A DNA stretch of 64,000 bases from Herpetosiphon sp. NSE202. Lineage in GTDB: Bacteria > Chloroflexota > Chloroflexia > Chloroflexales > Herpetosiphonaceae. The position numbers and the translations under genes are program-made. Numbering within the stretch: the stretch's first letter is position 1; every line of letters begins with the position of its first letter. The stretch is taken from positions 66,110 to 130,109 of the forward strand of contig NZ_JBHUPY010000007.1 in assembly GCF_042688385.1 (NCBI RefSeq), written 5' to 3'. Of this stretch, positions 17,528 to 27,387 are shown piece after piece. The notes under the pieces are model-generated. The model saw only the letters and a list, made by a program, of their open reading frames with translations. It made no database searches and was not told the origin of the DNA.

Positions 17528-18280
17528 CTAATTTGCATTCTTGGGCTGAGCAAAACGGCCTAGCAACAAGCCAAATTCAAACAATAAATACATCGGCACT
17601 GCCAAAAATGCGAGGTTGGCAGGATCGCCGGTTGGGGTCAGAATTGCTGCCGCCACCACGGTGATCAGCACCACATAGCGGCGATAGCGCCCGAGTTTGC
17701 GTGGGTTGAGAATGCCAATTTTGGTCAGGGTAAACATGATCATTGGCAATTCAAAGACAATTCCGTTGATCAGCAATAAGCGGGTCAGAATCGAGAGAAA
17801 ATCATCGAGCCGCGGCTTATTTTCAATCAAATTACCAGCATTCTCAGTGCCAAAATTGATCAAAAATTTAATGGCCGCAGGCGCAGTCACAAACCAGCCA
17901 AACGCAATGCCGCCAACAAAGCAGAAAATCACCAACGGCAAACCAATAAAAATCCATTTGCGTTCGGTGCGAGTTAGGCCGGGCGCTAAGAAGGCCAACA
18001 ATTGATAGATGATAATCGGCATCGCAGCAGCAATGCCCAAGGTGAGCGCAGTGCTGAGGTAGGTGGTAAAAGTTTCGGTAACTTCGGTGGTTTGCACGCC
18101 CTGCTCGCCAGCAAAGCTCAAAATCAAATATTTGATAAAGCCAGTGCTATTGACGATGTAAAAGCCACCAAGCATGCCAATCAAAACCGCAATCGAAACC
18201 TTGGTCAGGCGTGAACGCAACTCGCGCAAGTGGTCGAGCAAGGTCATGGTGCCATCAACGGCGGTGGTTGCTTTAGCCAT
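17528..18280 (-). CDS. tatC: Sec-independent translocase subunit TatC
   Basis: MAKATT...TLLDHLRELRSRL, with 6 TM segments. The track ORF runs to 18346, but that extension overlaps tatA/B, so the start at 18280 is preferred. Confidence 0.8.
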   Translation of the reverse strand: MAKATTAVDGTMTLLDHLRELRSRLTKVSIAVLIGMLGGFYIVNSTGFIKYLILSFAGEQGVQTTEVTETFTTYLSTALTLGIAAAMPIIIYQLLAFLAPGLTRTERKWIFIGLPLVIFCFVGGIAFGWFVTAPAAIKFLINFGTENAGNLIENKPRLDDFLSILTRLLLINGIVFELPMIMFTLTKIGILNPRKLGRYRRYVVLITVVAAAILTPTGDPANLAFLAVPMYLLFEFGLLLGRFAQPKNAN

Positions 18281-18743
18281 TGGTCTGCTCCTCGGCGGCT
18301 GAGGCACGCAATGCCTGATCGAGTGGTTGGTCGAGCAAATCGTCATCGAGCATCATACGAGCTTGGTTAGCAATCTCTGGGCGGGCCAAGGGTGGTTTGG
18401 GAGTTGGATCAATCACATTGGCGGCGGCGGTAGTTTTGGGGTCGAGGCCAAGGTCGACGATCATCGCTCGGTCGTCATCGGAGAGAATCGAGCGCCCAAG
18501 CTCCTGAATTTGGCGGCGCGGATCGAGGTCGCGCAACTGGCGGGCCATCTTCTCGACCGATTCATAATCATCGCCCAACTCGTTGCGGGCCTGATTGCGC
18601 AGATCGTTGATCAGCTTGCGGCCTTTACTGATCCACTGGCCAATTTGAAACAGCATTTCAGGCAAGCGTTCAGGGCCGACGACCACGAGGGCAATCACCA
18701 AGATGATCACAAATTCAAACGGGCCAATCCCAAAAATTGTCAT
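18273..18743 (-). CDS. Tat translocase TatA/TatB-family protein. At 156 aa it is TatB-like in length.
   Basis: The N-terminus is MTIFGIGPFEFVIILVIALVVVGPERLPE. This is the canonical TatA/B TM helix followed by an amphipathic helix. Confidence 0.7.
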   Translation of the reverse strand: MTIFGIGPFEFVIILVIALVVVGPERLPEMLFQIGQWISKGRKLINDLRNQARNELGDDYESVEKMARQLRDLDPRRQIQELGRSILSDDDRAMIVDLGLDPKTTAAANVIDPTPKPPLARPEIANQARMMLDDDLLDQPLDQALRASAAEEQTNG

Positions 18744-18807
18744 AAGCGTCTGACCACTAGCTAAAGGCTTTGGGGATACGCTTTACGCAAGTATTAACCT
18801 CAAGCCC

Positions 18808-18861
18808 AACAAATAACAAATGGACAATGCCGCAAGGTTTGAGCCTTGGGTGGCATTGTCC
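18808..18861 (-). terminator. Intrinsic terminator after acpP
   Basis: On the minus strand a perfect 10-bp stem, GGACAATGCC ... GGCATTGTCC, has an extra inner CAAGG/CCTTG pairing. It is followed by a T-rich run, ATTTGTTATTTGTT. Confidence 0.6.
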
Positions 18862-18877
18862 ACTGTTCGCATACAAA

Positions 18878-19117
18878 TTACTCTTGGATGTGTGCTTTGA
18901 TAAATGCTTCGGCATCGCCGACGGTGCGCAATTTTTCAGCTTCTTCGTCGGTAATTTCTACGCCGAATTCTTCTTCGAGCGACATGACCAACTCGACCAA
19001 ATCGAGTGAATCGGCGTTGAGGTCATCCAAGAAGGTTGCGCTTGGGACGATTTTTTCTTCTTCCACGCCCAATTGTTCAGCAACCAATTTCTTCAAGCGT
19101 TCGTTTAAGTCTGCCAT
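18878..19117 (-). CDS. acpP: Acyl carrier protein
   Basis: It is 79 aa with an RBS GGAGA. The 4'-phosphopantetheine attachment site is [16 protein letters not shown]. Confidence 0.9.
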   Translation of the reverse strand: MADLNERLKKLVAEQLGVEEEKIVPSATFLDDLNADSLDLVELVMSLEEEFGVEITDEEAEKLRTVGDAEAFIKAHIQE

Positions 19118-19172
19118 TGGTAGAATCTCCGTATAGAAAATAAGTCCGAGGCGAGCAAAAATGCTTCCTGCG

Positions 19173-19613
19173 TTATTCCTCGGATTCAGGTTTATTGACC
19201 ACGGTACTGAGCACGCCATTGACAAATCGGCCAGAATTATCGCTGCCGAAGTGTTTTGCGAGCTCGACCGCTTCATTAATCACGGCTTTAACCGGAGCTT
19301 TATCCGCTGCCGCATCGTAAAGAATTTCAAACAAGGCGATGCGCAGCACCGCAATATCCACGCCTGGCATTTGGTGGACGGGCCAAGATGGTGCGACTTT
19401 GGTAATTAAATCGTCGATTGTTTGACGATTGGTCCATGCACCATTGACAATACGGGCAAAAAAATCACGACCTTCTGCGCTGAACATTTCATCATCGCTG
19501 ATGCGTGCAACAACCGAATCAAGGTCGTGGGTGGTTTGATCAAGTTCAAAGAGTGCCTGAAGTGCCGCAGCACGCACTCGGTGGCGAAGGCTACCCACGG
19601 TTCTGCTCGACAT
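19173..19613 (-). CDS. nusB: Transcription antitermination factor NusB
   Basis: [14 protein letters not shown]...ALFEILY. The NusB fold length and motifs fit. Confidence 0.75.
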   Translation of the reverse strand: MSSRTVGSLRHRVRAAALQALFELDQTTHDLDSVVARISDDEMFSAEGRDFFARIVNGAWTNRQTIDDLITKVAPSWPVHQMPGVDIAVLRIALFEILYDAAADKAPVKAVINEAVELAKHFGSDNSGRFVNGVLSTVVNKPESEE

Positions 19614-19953
19614 CCTGAATATAGACGTTAACGGCGCGGACGGGCATCCCGACCATTTCGTTTAACGCTTCGGTTACTGCCGATTGAACACGAGCACCGA
19701 GATCAAGCAAGTTGATGTCGGGTTGGGCGATCAGGTAGCAATCGGCACTGACACTATCATCGACAACCCGAATTGCTACGCCATCGGCGTTGGCAGTTCC
19801 GCTCCCTAGCATGCTGCCCATGCGTTGTTGGCCGGGCACGCTGCCCAAACGCGCAACGCCAGCAACATCTTGGGCCGTCAGCGAGACAATCGCTGAAAGC
19901 ACATCGGGAGCAATTGTCACAGTTCCAAATGGTTGATTCACGGTTTTCTCCAC
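19591..19953 (-). CDS. Asp23/Gls24 family alkaline-shock protein
   Basis: [29 protein letters not shown] is the Asp23 signature. Confidence 0.7.
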   Translation of the reverse strand: MEKTVNQPFGTVTIAPDVLSAIVSLTAQDVAGVARLGSVPGQQRMGSMLGSGTANADGVAIRVVDDSVSADCYLIAQPDINLLDLGARVQSAVTEALNEMVGMPVRAVNVYIQDVEQNRG

Positions 19954-19960
19954 GACTGCC

Positions 19961-21328
19961 CTAGGCTGTCGCTTCTTTGGCAGTCTGTTGATTTAAAATA
20001 TCAGCCAAGGTGTGCGTGGCAACATCACCGCTCACAAAAGCTGGTTCGTTCATCATGCGCAGTTGAAATGGCAAGGTGGTTGTAATGCCACTAATCACAC
20101 ACTCGCTTAATGCCCGCCGCATCCGTTCAATGGCCTCAAGCCGCGTTTCGCCCCATACGATCACTTTGGCTAACATCGAATCGTAGTTGGTGGGGGTACG
20201 ATAGCCTGAATAAAGATGCGAATCGACCCGCACGCCTGGGCCACCTGGTGGTAAATAGAGATCGACAGTCCCACCAGCAGGCATAAAATCACGGTCAGCA
20301 TCTTCGGCATTAATCCGACATTCAATCGCATGCCCGCGTATTTTAATGTCATCCTGAGTGAGCGTCAAGCGTTCGCCGGCAGCAATCCGAATTTGCCACT
20401 TAACTAAATCCAAGCCGGTCAGCCATTCGGTCACTGGATGCTCGACCTGCAAGCGGGTATTCATTTCCATAAAATAGAAATTTCCCTGATGATCGAGCAA
20501 AAATTCCATGGTTCCGGCGTTGTAGTAGCCAATCTCGCGCACGCCGTGCAAGGCGGCTTCGCCCATTTTTTGGCGCAATTCTGGGGTCAGGGCTGGCGAT
20601 GGGCCTTCTTCGACGACTTTTTGGTGACGACGTTGCAACGAGCAATCGCGCTCGCCAAGGTGAATTGCATTGCCATGCTGGTCGGCCAAAATCTGAATTT
20701 CAACGTGACGCACGACAGGCAAGTATTTTTCCATATACAAATCGCCACGGCCAAAGGCGGCCTCGGCCTCGGCTCGCGCCGTATTGAAGGCTCGTGCCAA
20801 TTCGTCGGGCTGGTTGACCACGCGCATGCCGCGCCCGCCACCGCCAGCAACGGCCTTCAACAGCACTGGGTAGCCAATGCTATCGGCAAGGCCTTGGGCT
20901 TCTTCAACGCTGGTCAACGGGTTTTCGGTGCCAGGAATCAAGGGCAGGCCAGCCAGTTTCATGGCTTGTTTGGCAAGAGCTTTATCGCCCATGCGCTGAA
21001 TCGAATCTGCCGATGGGCCAATGAAGGTCAGACCACATTCGCGGCAACTCTCAGCAAAATAGGGATTTTCCGAAAGAAAACCATAGCCAGGGTGAATCGC
21101 GTCGCAATCGCTAATCAGCGCGGCGCTAATCAAGGCTGGGGCGTTCAGGTAAGATTTAGCGGGTGCTGGCGGGCCGATACAAATTGCTTCATCGGCCATG
21201 CGCACTGCCAGCGAATCGCGATCGGCCTCGGAATAGGCAGCAACCGCTTTGATGCCCAGCTCATGGCAGGCGCGAATGATCCGCACGGCAATTTCGCCAC
21301 GATTGGCAACCAGAATTTTGCGTAACAT
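19961..21328 (-). CDS. accC: Acetyl-CoA carboxylase biotin carboxylase subunit
   Basis: MLRKILVANRGEIAVRIIRAC... is an ATP-grasp biotin carboxylase of 455 aa. The antisense 295-aa ORF at 20438..21325 is rejected. Confidence 0.9.
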   Translation of the reverse strand: MLRKILVANRGEIAVRIIRACHELGIKAVAAYSEADRDSLAVRMADEAICIGPPAPAKSYLNAPALISAALISDCDAIHPGYGFLSENPYFAESCRECGLTFIGPSADSIQRMGDKALAKQAMKLAGLPLIPGTENPLTSVEEAQGLADSIGYPVLLKAVAGGGGRGMRVVNQPDELARAFNTARAEAEAAFGRGDLYMEKYLPVVRHVEIQILADQHGNAIHLGERDCSLQRRHQKVVEEGPSPALTPELRQKMGEAALHGVREIGYYNAGTMEFLLDHQGNFYFMEMNTRLQVEHPVTEWLTGLDLVKWQIRIAAGERLTLTQDDIKIRGHAIECRINAEDADRDFMPAGGTVDLYLPPGGPGVRVDSHLYSGYRTPTNYDSMLAKVIVWGETRLEAIERMRRALSECVISGITTTLPFQLRMMNEPAFVSGDVATHTLADILNQQTAKEATA

Positions 21329-21376
21329 GGTGGTTCCTCAGCTAAAGCGTTCAAGCAAACGTCCCAACGCTGCTCT

Positions 21377-22132
21377 CTAATACATGGTCATGCCGCCATC
21401 GACGGCCAAGGTTTGGCCAGTGATGTAGCCAGCAGCATCGGAAGCCAAGAACACCACCGCATTGGCGATTTCGGCAGGTTGGCCCATGCGCGCCAAGGGA
21501 ATCCGATCCAAGGCTTTGTTGATCAAGTCTTCGGACATGGCGTTGCGGGTCATATCGGTTTCGATAAAGCCTGGGCAAATTGCATTGGCCGTAATGCCGC
21601 GCGAAGCCATTTCTTGGGCCACCGATTTACTAAAGCCGATTAGGCCTGCTTTGGCGGCAGCATAATTGGCTTGACCAGCATTGCCCGTCAGCCCAATCAC
21701 CGAGCTAATCGTAATCACGCGGCCCCATTTATTTTTCATCATCGGGCGCAGCACAGCCTTGGTGAGCAACATCACGCCACGCAAGTTGGTTTGCAACACA
21801 TCATCAACTTCGCTCTCTTTCATGCGCAACAACAAGTTATCACGGGTAATGCCAGCATTGTTGACCAGAATATCGACCCGCCCAAAGGCTTCGGTCGTTG
21901 CTTTAAGCAAGGTTTCGTGGCTGGCAGGATCGGCCACATCTGCTTGCACAGCAAGCGCTTTGCCACCCTTGGCTGTAATCGCCGCAACGACCTCAGCTGC
22001 TGCTGCCTCGCTGCCACGATAATTGACCACTACGGCGGCTCCGCTCGCAGCCAAGGCCTCGGCAATCGACCGCCCGATGCCACGCGAAGCTCCAGTCACA
22101 ATTGCGACACGACCGGTTAAATCTAGTTGCAT
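21377..22132 (-). CDS. fabG: 3-oxoacyl-ACP reductase, the canonical FabG
   Basis: TGASRGIGRSIA, NAG, and SSVIGLTGNAGQANYAAAKAG with the full N-S-Y-K tetrad. The start MQLDLTGR is at 22132. The track extends further 5'. Confidence 0.85.
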   Translation of the reverse strand: MQLDLTGRVAIVTGASRGIGRSIAEALAASGAAVVVNYRGSEAAAAEVVAAITAKGGKALAVQADVADPASHETLLKATTEAFGRVDILVNNAGITRDNLLLRMKESEVDDVLQTNLRGVMLLTKAVLRPMMKNKWGRVITISSVIGLTGNAGQANYAAAKAGLIGFSKSVAQEMASRGITANAICPGFIETDMTRNAMSEDLINKALDRIPLARMGQPAEIANAVVFLASDAAGYITGQTLAVDGGMTMY

Positions 22133-22148
22133 GCTTGCTCCTTCAACA

Positions 22149-22892
22149 CTAAACCATGCGCCAACCGCCATCGACTGGCAGCACTTGGCCGGTAATATAG
22201 CCCGCCTCTGGATTGGCCAGCATAAAAATCGCTGGGGTAATCTCGGCAGGCGCACCCAACCGTTTGAGCGGCACAATATTGGTGGCCCATGGGATATAAC
22301 TTGGGTCAAAACTGGACATATGTGGCCGCGAAATCAGGCCAGGGGCAACGCTATTGACCGTAATGCCCCACGGCGCTACCTCGCGGGCCAGCGATTTCGA
22401 AAAGCCAATAATTCCGCCAAGCGCGGCAGCATAATTGGCTTGGGTCAGGCCGCCAGCCAAAGGCTGATAGCCAGTAATCGTAATAATCCGCCCATAACGG
22501 GCTTTTTGCATTGGCCGCAACACGGCGCGGGTAATGCGGGTTACGCCACGCAGCATCGTCTCCAGCACATCGTTCCATTGCTCCAGCGTCATCTCAGCAA
22601 CTGGCGCGTTGTTGACTGCTGAATGGGCGGTGATCAGCATATCGAGCCGTTCCCAGCGCCGCACAGCCACCTCAACGAGGCTGTTCATGGCTTCAGCATC
22701 GCGCACATCGGCCTTGATCGCAATCAGGCGTTGTTCATCGGCAATCGTGGCACACATTTCTTCGGCCAGCTCATCGCGTTGGCGATAGCAAAAAACCACC
22801 CGTGCGCCACGTTGAATGAGTCCTGAAACAACTTCGCGCCCAATCGCGCCAGTGCCACCTGTGACAATCGCCACTTGATCGTTGATACTCAT
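22149..22892 (-). CDS. SDR-family FabG paralog with a degenerate catalytic tetrad
   Basis: It has a Rossmann TGGTGAIG motif. Aligned to FabG, the catalytic Ser is Gly and the YxxxK Lys is Leu (QANYAAALGG). The Tyr is retained. Confidence 0.7.
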   Translation of the reverse strand: MSINDQVAIVTGGTGAIGREVVSGLIQRGARVVFCYRQRDELAEEMCATIADEQRLIAIKADVRDAEAMNSLVEVAVRRWERLDMLITAHSAVNNAPVAEMTLEQWNDVLETMLRGVTRITRAVLRPMQKARYGRIITITGYQPLAGGLTQANYAAALGGIIGFSKSLAREVAPWGITVNSVAPGLISRPHMSSFDPSYIPWATNIVPLKRLGAPAEITPAIFMLANPEAGYITGQVLPVDGGWRMV

Positions 22893-22901
22893 TCTGCACC
22901 C

Positions 22902-23642
22902 CTATGGCATGACCCAGCCGCCGTCAATCGTCAGCACATGGCCAATAATATACGATGCAGCAGGCGAGGCCAGAAAGGCCACCGCTGGCGCAACTTCTTC
23001 AACTTTGCCAAAGCGTTTGAGCGGAATCACATCAAGCGCCCAGGTTCGCAGCCATTGCGGAATATGGTCGATAAAGTCGGTGTCGATATAGCCAGGCGCG
23101 ACCACGTTGACCACAATTCCATCGGCGGTTACTTCGCGGGCCACGGCCTTGGAAAAACCAACCAAGCCCATCTTGGCCGCAGCATAGTTGGTTTGGCCAA
23201 CATTGCCTGCCAAGCCCGCCAACGAGGCAATGCTAACGATTCGGCCATAGCTGTTGGCGCGCATCGCTGGCAACACCGCTTGGGTGCATAAAAATGCCGA
23301 GGTCAGATCAGCTTTGATCACATCGTCCCATTCCTCGTCTTTCAAACGCTGAAACAGGTTGTCGCGGGTAATGCCCGCATTGTTGATCAAAATGTGAATC
23401 GCGCCCCATTCAGTTAAGGTTTGGGTCACCATGGTTTCAACTGCCTGCTGATCGGTCACATCTGCTTGAATCGCCATAGCTGTGCCACCAGCAGCCTGAA
23501 TTTCGTCAACCACGGCTTCAGCTTTGGCAGCACTTGATTGATAATTAACAACGACTTTAACGCCCCAACTGGCTAGCTCCAAAGCAATCGCTCGGCCAAT
23601 TCCGCGCGATGCTCCAGTCACAATCGCCACATGGTCTTTCAT
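22902..23642 (-). CDS. SDR-family 3-oxoacyl-ACP reductase-like paralog with an intact tetrad
   Basis: TGASRGIGRAIA ... SIASLAGLAGNVGQTNYAAAKMG. Confidence 0.75.
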   Translation of the reverse strand: MKDHVAIVTGASRGIGRAIALELASWGVKVVVNYQSSAAKAEAVVDEIQAAGGTAMAIQADVTDQQAVETMVTQTLTEWGAIHILINNAGITRDNLFQRLKDEEWDDVIKADLTSAFLCTQAVLPAMRANSYGRIVSIASLAGLAGNVGQTNYAAAKMGLVGFSKAVAREVTADGIVVNVVAPGYIDTDFIDHIPQWLRTWALDVIPLKRFGKVEEVAPAVAFLASPAASYIIGHVLTIDGGWVMP

Positions 23643-23674
23643 TCCCCGCATAGCAAATGCCTCACCCATGTACA

Positions 23675-24607
23675 TTACTGGGCGTTATTGTACTCGCCAA
23701 TCTTCGCTATGTCATCAAAGCTGGCAAGATTCAGGCGTTGCAAGCTGGGATCGATGCGCTTGACCAAGCCCGTCAGCACGTTGCCAGCGCCAATTTCAAT
23801 CACAGTTTTCACACCAAGCGCCGCCATTTGTTCGATTGTGGCAATCCAGCGCACTGGAGCGGTAATTTGGGCCACCAACTCAGCCCGAATCTCGGCAGCA
23901 CTGCTAATTGGCTGGGCAGTGCTATTGGCAATCACTGGCACGTGGGCGGCATGGATCGTCGCTGCGGCAATTGCGGGAGCCAAGCCAGCAGCGGTTGCTT
24001 CCATCAAGGGTGAGTGAAACGCGGCGCTGACATTTAAGGGCATAATTTTTTTGGCCCCAGCAGCTTTGGCTTGTTCGCTGGCTGCCGCGACCACCGCGCT
24101 GCTGCCACTAATCACCAATTGGCCATGGGCATTTTGGTTGGCTACAACGCATGCCCCAAGCTCGCTCACATTGGCGCAGATAGCTTCGAGCGGCGCAAGA
24201 TCCAGCCCAATGATGGCGGCCATTGCGCCTTCGCTGGCTTGGGCCATCAATTCGCCACGTTGGCGCACCAAACGCAGCGCGGTGGCAAAATCAAGCGCTT
24301 TGGCGGCAACCAAGGCGCTATATTCGCCCAACGAATGGCCTGCAACCACGCTTGGCTTCAGCTCAATGCCTGCCTCAGCAAGCGCCGCCAACAGAGCCAC
24401 GCTCACGGTCAACAAGGCTGGTTGGGTGTTTTCAGTGGCAGTTAAATCAGCTTCTGGCCCATCAAAACACAACGCCGCCAAATCAAAACCCAGCACTGCA
24501 TTGGCTTCGGCAAAAATTGCTCGAGCCGCCGCCGATTGTTCGTAAACCTCACGACCCATGCCCACTTTCTGCGAGCCTTGGCCAGGAAAAAGCAATCCGA
24601 TTGTCAT
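23675..24607 (-). CDS. fabD: Malonyl-CoA:ACP transacylase
   Basis: LLFPGQGSQKVGMG and GHSLGEYSALVAA show the active-site GHSLG motif. Confidence 0.85.
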   Translation of the reverse strand: MTIGLLFPGQGSQKVGMGREVYEQSAAARAIFAEANAVLGFDLAALCFDGPEADLTATENTQPALLTVSVALLAALAEAGIELKPSVVAGHSLGEYSALVAAKALDFATALRLVRQRGELMAQASEGAMAAIIGLDLAPLEAICANVSELGACVVANQNAHGQLVISGSSAVVAAASEQAKAAGAKKIMPLNVSAAFHSPLMEATAAGLAPAIAAATIHAAHVPVIANSTAQPISSAAEIRAELVAQITAPVRWIATIEQMAALGVKTVIEIGAGNVLTGLVKRIDPSLQRLNLASFDDIAKIGEYNNAQ

Positions 24608-24614
24608 TGGGTAT

Positions 24615-24965
24615 CTTTCTATTATTAAGAGGGGTCGGGGGCTAGGGATTGGGGGTTAGGTTTTAGCCACGAATTACACGAATTGCACGAATTATTTCGT
24701 TGCATCGCAAAGCTATGGCTTATTACCCAAGACCCAAATTCCCAATCCCCAACCTCTATGTTCTATGTGTATAGGTTCATCAGGTTAACTATGGCTTGAT
24801 CCTCTCACCCCAACCCCTCTCCCACGGCGGCGGGCGAGGGGAGCACTCCGATCGCGGTTACCCCTCGCCTCGCATGCGGGAGAGGGGGCCAGGGGGTGAG
24901 GGAATAATCCTTATTGCCAATCCAATAAACTATTCCATCTATGTTCTATGTTCTATGCTCTATGT
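24615..24965. repeat. Repeat-filled spacer between fabD and fabH
   Basis: It contains GGGGTCGGGGGCTAGGGATTGGGGG, ACGAATTACACGAATTGCACGAATT and iterated CTATGTTCTATG. A composite palindromic element at about 24770-24925 has arms at 24801-24840 and 24862-24903. Confidence 0.8.
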
Positions 24966-24966
24966 T

Positions 24967-25953
24967 CTACTTTCCGCCCCACACCAACACGCCCGAAGCC
25001 CAGGTTAGGCCGCCGCCAAATGCGGTCAGCAAAATCGTGTCGCCTGGCTGCATGCGGCCAGCATCGGCGGCTTCGGCGATCGCTACGGGCAAGGTGGCAG
25101 CTGAGGTATTACCATATTCTTGAATATTAACAAACACCTGCTCCATTGGCACGTTGAGCCGCTTGGCGACGGCCTCGATAATTCGCAGATTCGCTTGATG
25201 CGGCACAACCAATTGCACATCGGCAGTCGTTTTGCCAACTTGCTGCAACACATGAACTGAGCTTTCGACCATGGCGCGCACAGCATACTTGAACACTTCA
25301 GCGCCATTCATCTGAATATATTGTTCAGACTGATCAAGCCGCTCGTGAGTTGCAGGGTAGAGCGTGGCTCCAGCCTTAATCCACAGCAATTCGGCGGTAT
25401 CGGGAATTGCGCCCAATTTGTAGGCTTGCAGGCCGCGCTCTTGCTCACTTGCTTCGAGAATCACCGCGCCAGCAGCATCGCCGAAAATCACGCAGGTATT
25501 GCGATCTTGCCAATTTAAGAATGGTGAGATGGTTTCTGCACCGCAGAGTAATACTTTACGCACACCGCCACCGCGAATCATAGCGGTGACCGCGCTGAGC
25601 GCATATAAAAAGCCACAGCAAGCGGCGTTCATATCCATCACGCCAGCATTGATTGCGCCTAGCTTGGTTTGGACCAAAGCGGCGGTTGAGGGCAAGAGCA
25701 AATCGGGCGAGGTCGTCGCCACCACAATTAAATCAAGCTCTTCTGGCTGCACGCCAGCTTTAGCGAGCGCAATCCGCGCGGCGCGGGTAGCCATATCCGA
25801 GGTTGCTTGGCCTTCGGCCACAATATGGCGGCGCTGAATGCCAGTGCGCGATTGAATCCATTCGGCGTTGGTATCGACAATCTGTTCAAGCTCTTCATTC
25901 GTAAGCACCCGTTCGGGAGCGTAGCGCCCCCAGCCAGTAATTGCTGCATTCAT
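24967..25953 (-). CDS. fabH: 3-oxoacyl-ACP synthase III
   Basis: MNAAITGWGRYAPERVLTNEELE... and the active-site AACCGF. The start at 25953 is preferred. Confidence 0.85.
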   Translation of the reverse strand: MNAAITGWGRYAPERVLTNEELEQIVDTNAEWIQSRTGIQRRHIVAEGQATSDMATRAARIALAKAGVQPEELDLIVVATTSPDLLLPSTAALVQTKLGAINAGVMDMNAACCGFLYALSAVTAMIRGGGVRKVLLCGAETISPFLNWQDRNTCVIFGDAAGAVILEASEQERGLQAYKLGAIPDTAELLWIKAGATLYPATHERLDQSEQYIQMNGAEVFKYAVRAMVESSVHVLQQVGKTTADVQLVVPHQANLRIIEAVAKRLNVPMEQVFVNIQEYGNTSAATLPVAIAEAADAGRMQPGDTILLTAFGGGLTWASGVLVWGGK

Positions 25954-26014
25954 TGCAAAACACTCCCGTGGTGAAGCCGTTTCATGCTGCACTGCACAAT
26001 AAACCGCCTAAAAT

Positions 26015-26051
26015 GCGAAAGGGACGAGAACCATGTTCTCGACCCTTTCGC
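26015..26051 (-). terminator. Strong hairpin terminator after rpmF
   Basis: GCGAAAGGGACGAGAAC-catg-GTTCTCGACCCTTTCGC is a 17-bp stem with one mismatch. An A/T run follows on the minus strand. Confidence 0.55.
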
Positions 26052-26072
26052 TGCTTTGCTGCCAAACATGGC

Positions 26073-26264
26073 TTATGCTTCAGCATTGTCCTTCTTGAGG
26101 TATTGGCGACCCTTGTAGGTACCGCAATTCAAGCAAACGCGATGTGGACGGCGATAGCCGCCACAGTTTGGACAAGCCGACAATGAAGGTGCGGTCAAAG
26201 CAAGGTGTTGGCGGCGGTGCCCGCGTTGTTCGCGGGTAATTTTACGTCGTGGCAATGCGCCCAT
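26073..26264 (-). CDS. rpmF: 50S ribosomal protein L32
   Basis: It is 63 aa, basic, with CPNCGG...CLNCG zinc-ribbon cysteines. Confidence 0.85.
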   Translation of the reverse strand: MGALPRRKITREQRGHRRQHLALTAPSLSACPNCGGYRRPHRVCLNCGTYKGRQYLKKDNAEA

Positions 26265-26270
26265 GAGAAA

Positions 26271-26807
26271 CTAGGCTCCTTTCAGCAATTGTTTGAGCGC
26301 GGCTAAACGCTCATCGATCACTTGATCGTCCAAATCGTCGGCTGCTGGGTTATCGTTGCGGTTTTGGCCATCCAACGACAATCCACGACAATCTGGGCGA
26401 CAAATCGGCGCGATTGGTAAGTTGATGAGCGTGTATTCACGGGCAGCATCGCCAAGGTCAAGCAAATGGTTGCCGTTAATTTTGAACACATCAGGCTCTT
26501 CTGGTTCTGGCAACGGTGCGCCCGTCGTTGCATGAACCGTCGCAAAATATTCTTCAGCGAAATCGAACTCAACAGGTTGGCTGAAATCGCTTAAGCATCG
26601 CACACATTCTACGGTGACGTTGCCGCTCATCGCGGCATCAACTAAGACCCCATTTTTGGTGCGGGTCATTTTAACATCGCCTTCGGTAATCCTTAGGCTC
26701 GTACCATCACCCAAATCAAGTTGTTCGTTTTCATATGTATACTGGCGGGTCGCCCCAACATATTCTTGCAACAGTTGGGATACATTGAATTGGAGTTCGG
26801 ATGACAT
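26271..26807 (-). CDS. yceD: YceD/DUF177 large-ribosomal-subunit accumulation protein
   Basis: It sits in the conserved position 5' of rpmF. The C-terminal Cys cluster is CVRCL...CRPDCRGL. Confidence 0.7.
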   Translation of the reverse strand: MSSELQFNVSQLLQEYVGATRQYTYENEQLDLGDGTSLRITEGDVKMTRTKNGVLVDAAMSGNVTVECVRCLSDFSQPVEFDFAEEYFATVHATTGAPLPEPEEPDVFKINGNHLLDLGDAAREYTLINLPIAPICRPDCRGLSLDGQNRNDNPAADDLDDQVIDERLAALKQLLKGA

Positions 26808-26874
26808 ACAGTGACCTCCTGCTGGAATTCAACCCGCAAGCGACGTGACATTATAGGCGCGAGAACGCGCTCTG

Positions 26875-27387
26875 TCAAACTACGCCCAGTTCATCGAGGC
26901 CATTTTGAATAATTGTCAGCGATTTGCCGATATGTTCTTCAAGGTTGAGCAACACTTGACGCGCATATTCATCGGCATCAGAGCGCACTTTGGCTGCTTC
27001 TGATTCTGCTTCGGCAATCATTCTGGTACGTTCGCGCTGGGCAATTTCAAGCATGCCCTGTTCCGAAAGCGTGATCGCAATTTTCTTTTTGGTAGCCTCG
27101 ATCAGTTGGTCGCGTTCGCGCACAATCTGGCGTGCTTGGCGTAATTCATTGGGAACCGCAACCCGCATCCGGTCGATAATGTCGAAGACTTGCTTCTCGT
27201 CGATCATTAATCGGCTGGTTAAGGGCACACGGCCACCACTCGCTAAAACCTCTTCCAACTCGTTAATCAGGCGCTCAAACTCGGCCTCAGCATATTCTGG
27301 GGGGCGCTGGTGTTGCCCGACTGGCTCCACGCTGGTTGCTTCCTGATGTTCACTGGGCTGTTCTCCCCATTGGGCTTGTTCGCTCAT
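26875..27387 (-). CDS. Hypothetical coiled-coil protein
   Basis: It is 170 aa, charged and helical, and overlaps the coaD stop by 4 nt. I cannot place a domain. Confidence 0.4.
   Translation of the reverse strand: MSEQAQWGEQPSEHQEATSVEPVGQHQRPPEYAEAEFERLINELEEVLASGGRVPLTSRLMIDEKQVFDIIDRMRVAVPNELRQARQIVRERDQLIEATKKKIAITLSEQGMLEIAQRERTRMIAEAESEAAKVRSDADEYARQVLLNLEEHIGKSLTIIQNGLDELGVV

Noticed and set aside
24615-24965. Possible CRISPR array in the repeat-rich spacers, including 44280-44840 and 58960-59740
   Set aside because: Repeats are heterogeneous in sequence and length, occur in both orientations, and are not separated by unique spacers of uniform size. No cas genes are present in the window.
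26875-27387. Calling the 170-aa coiled-coil protein an ATP synthase b subunit or DivIVA
   Set aside because: It has only generic charged heptad character and no TM anchor or diagnostic motif. I left it as hypothetical.
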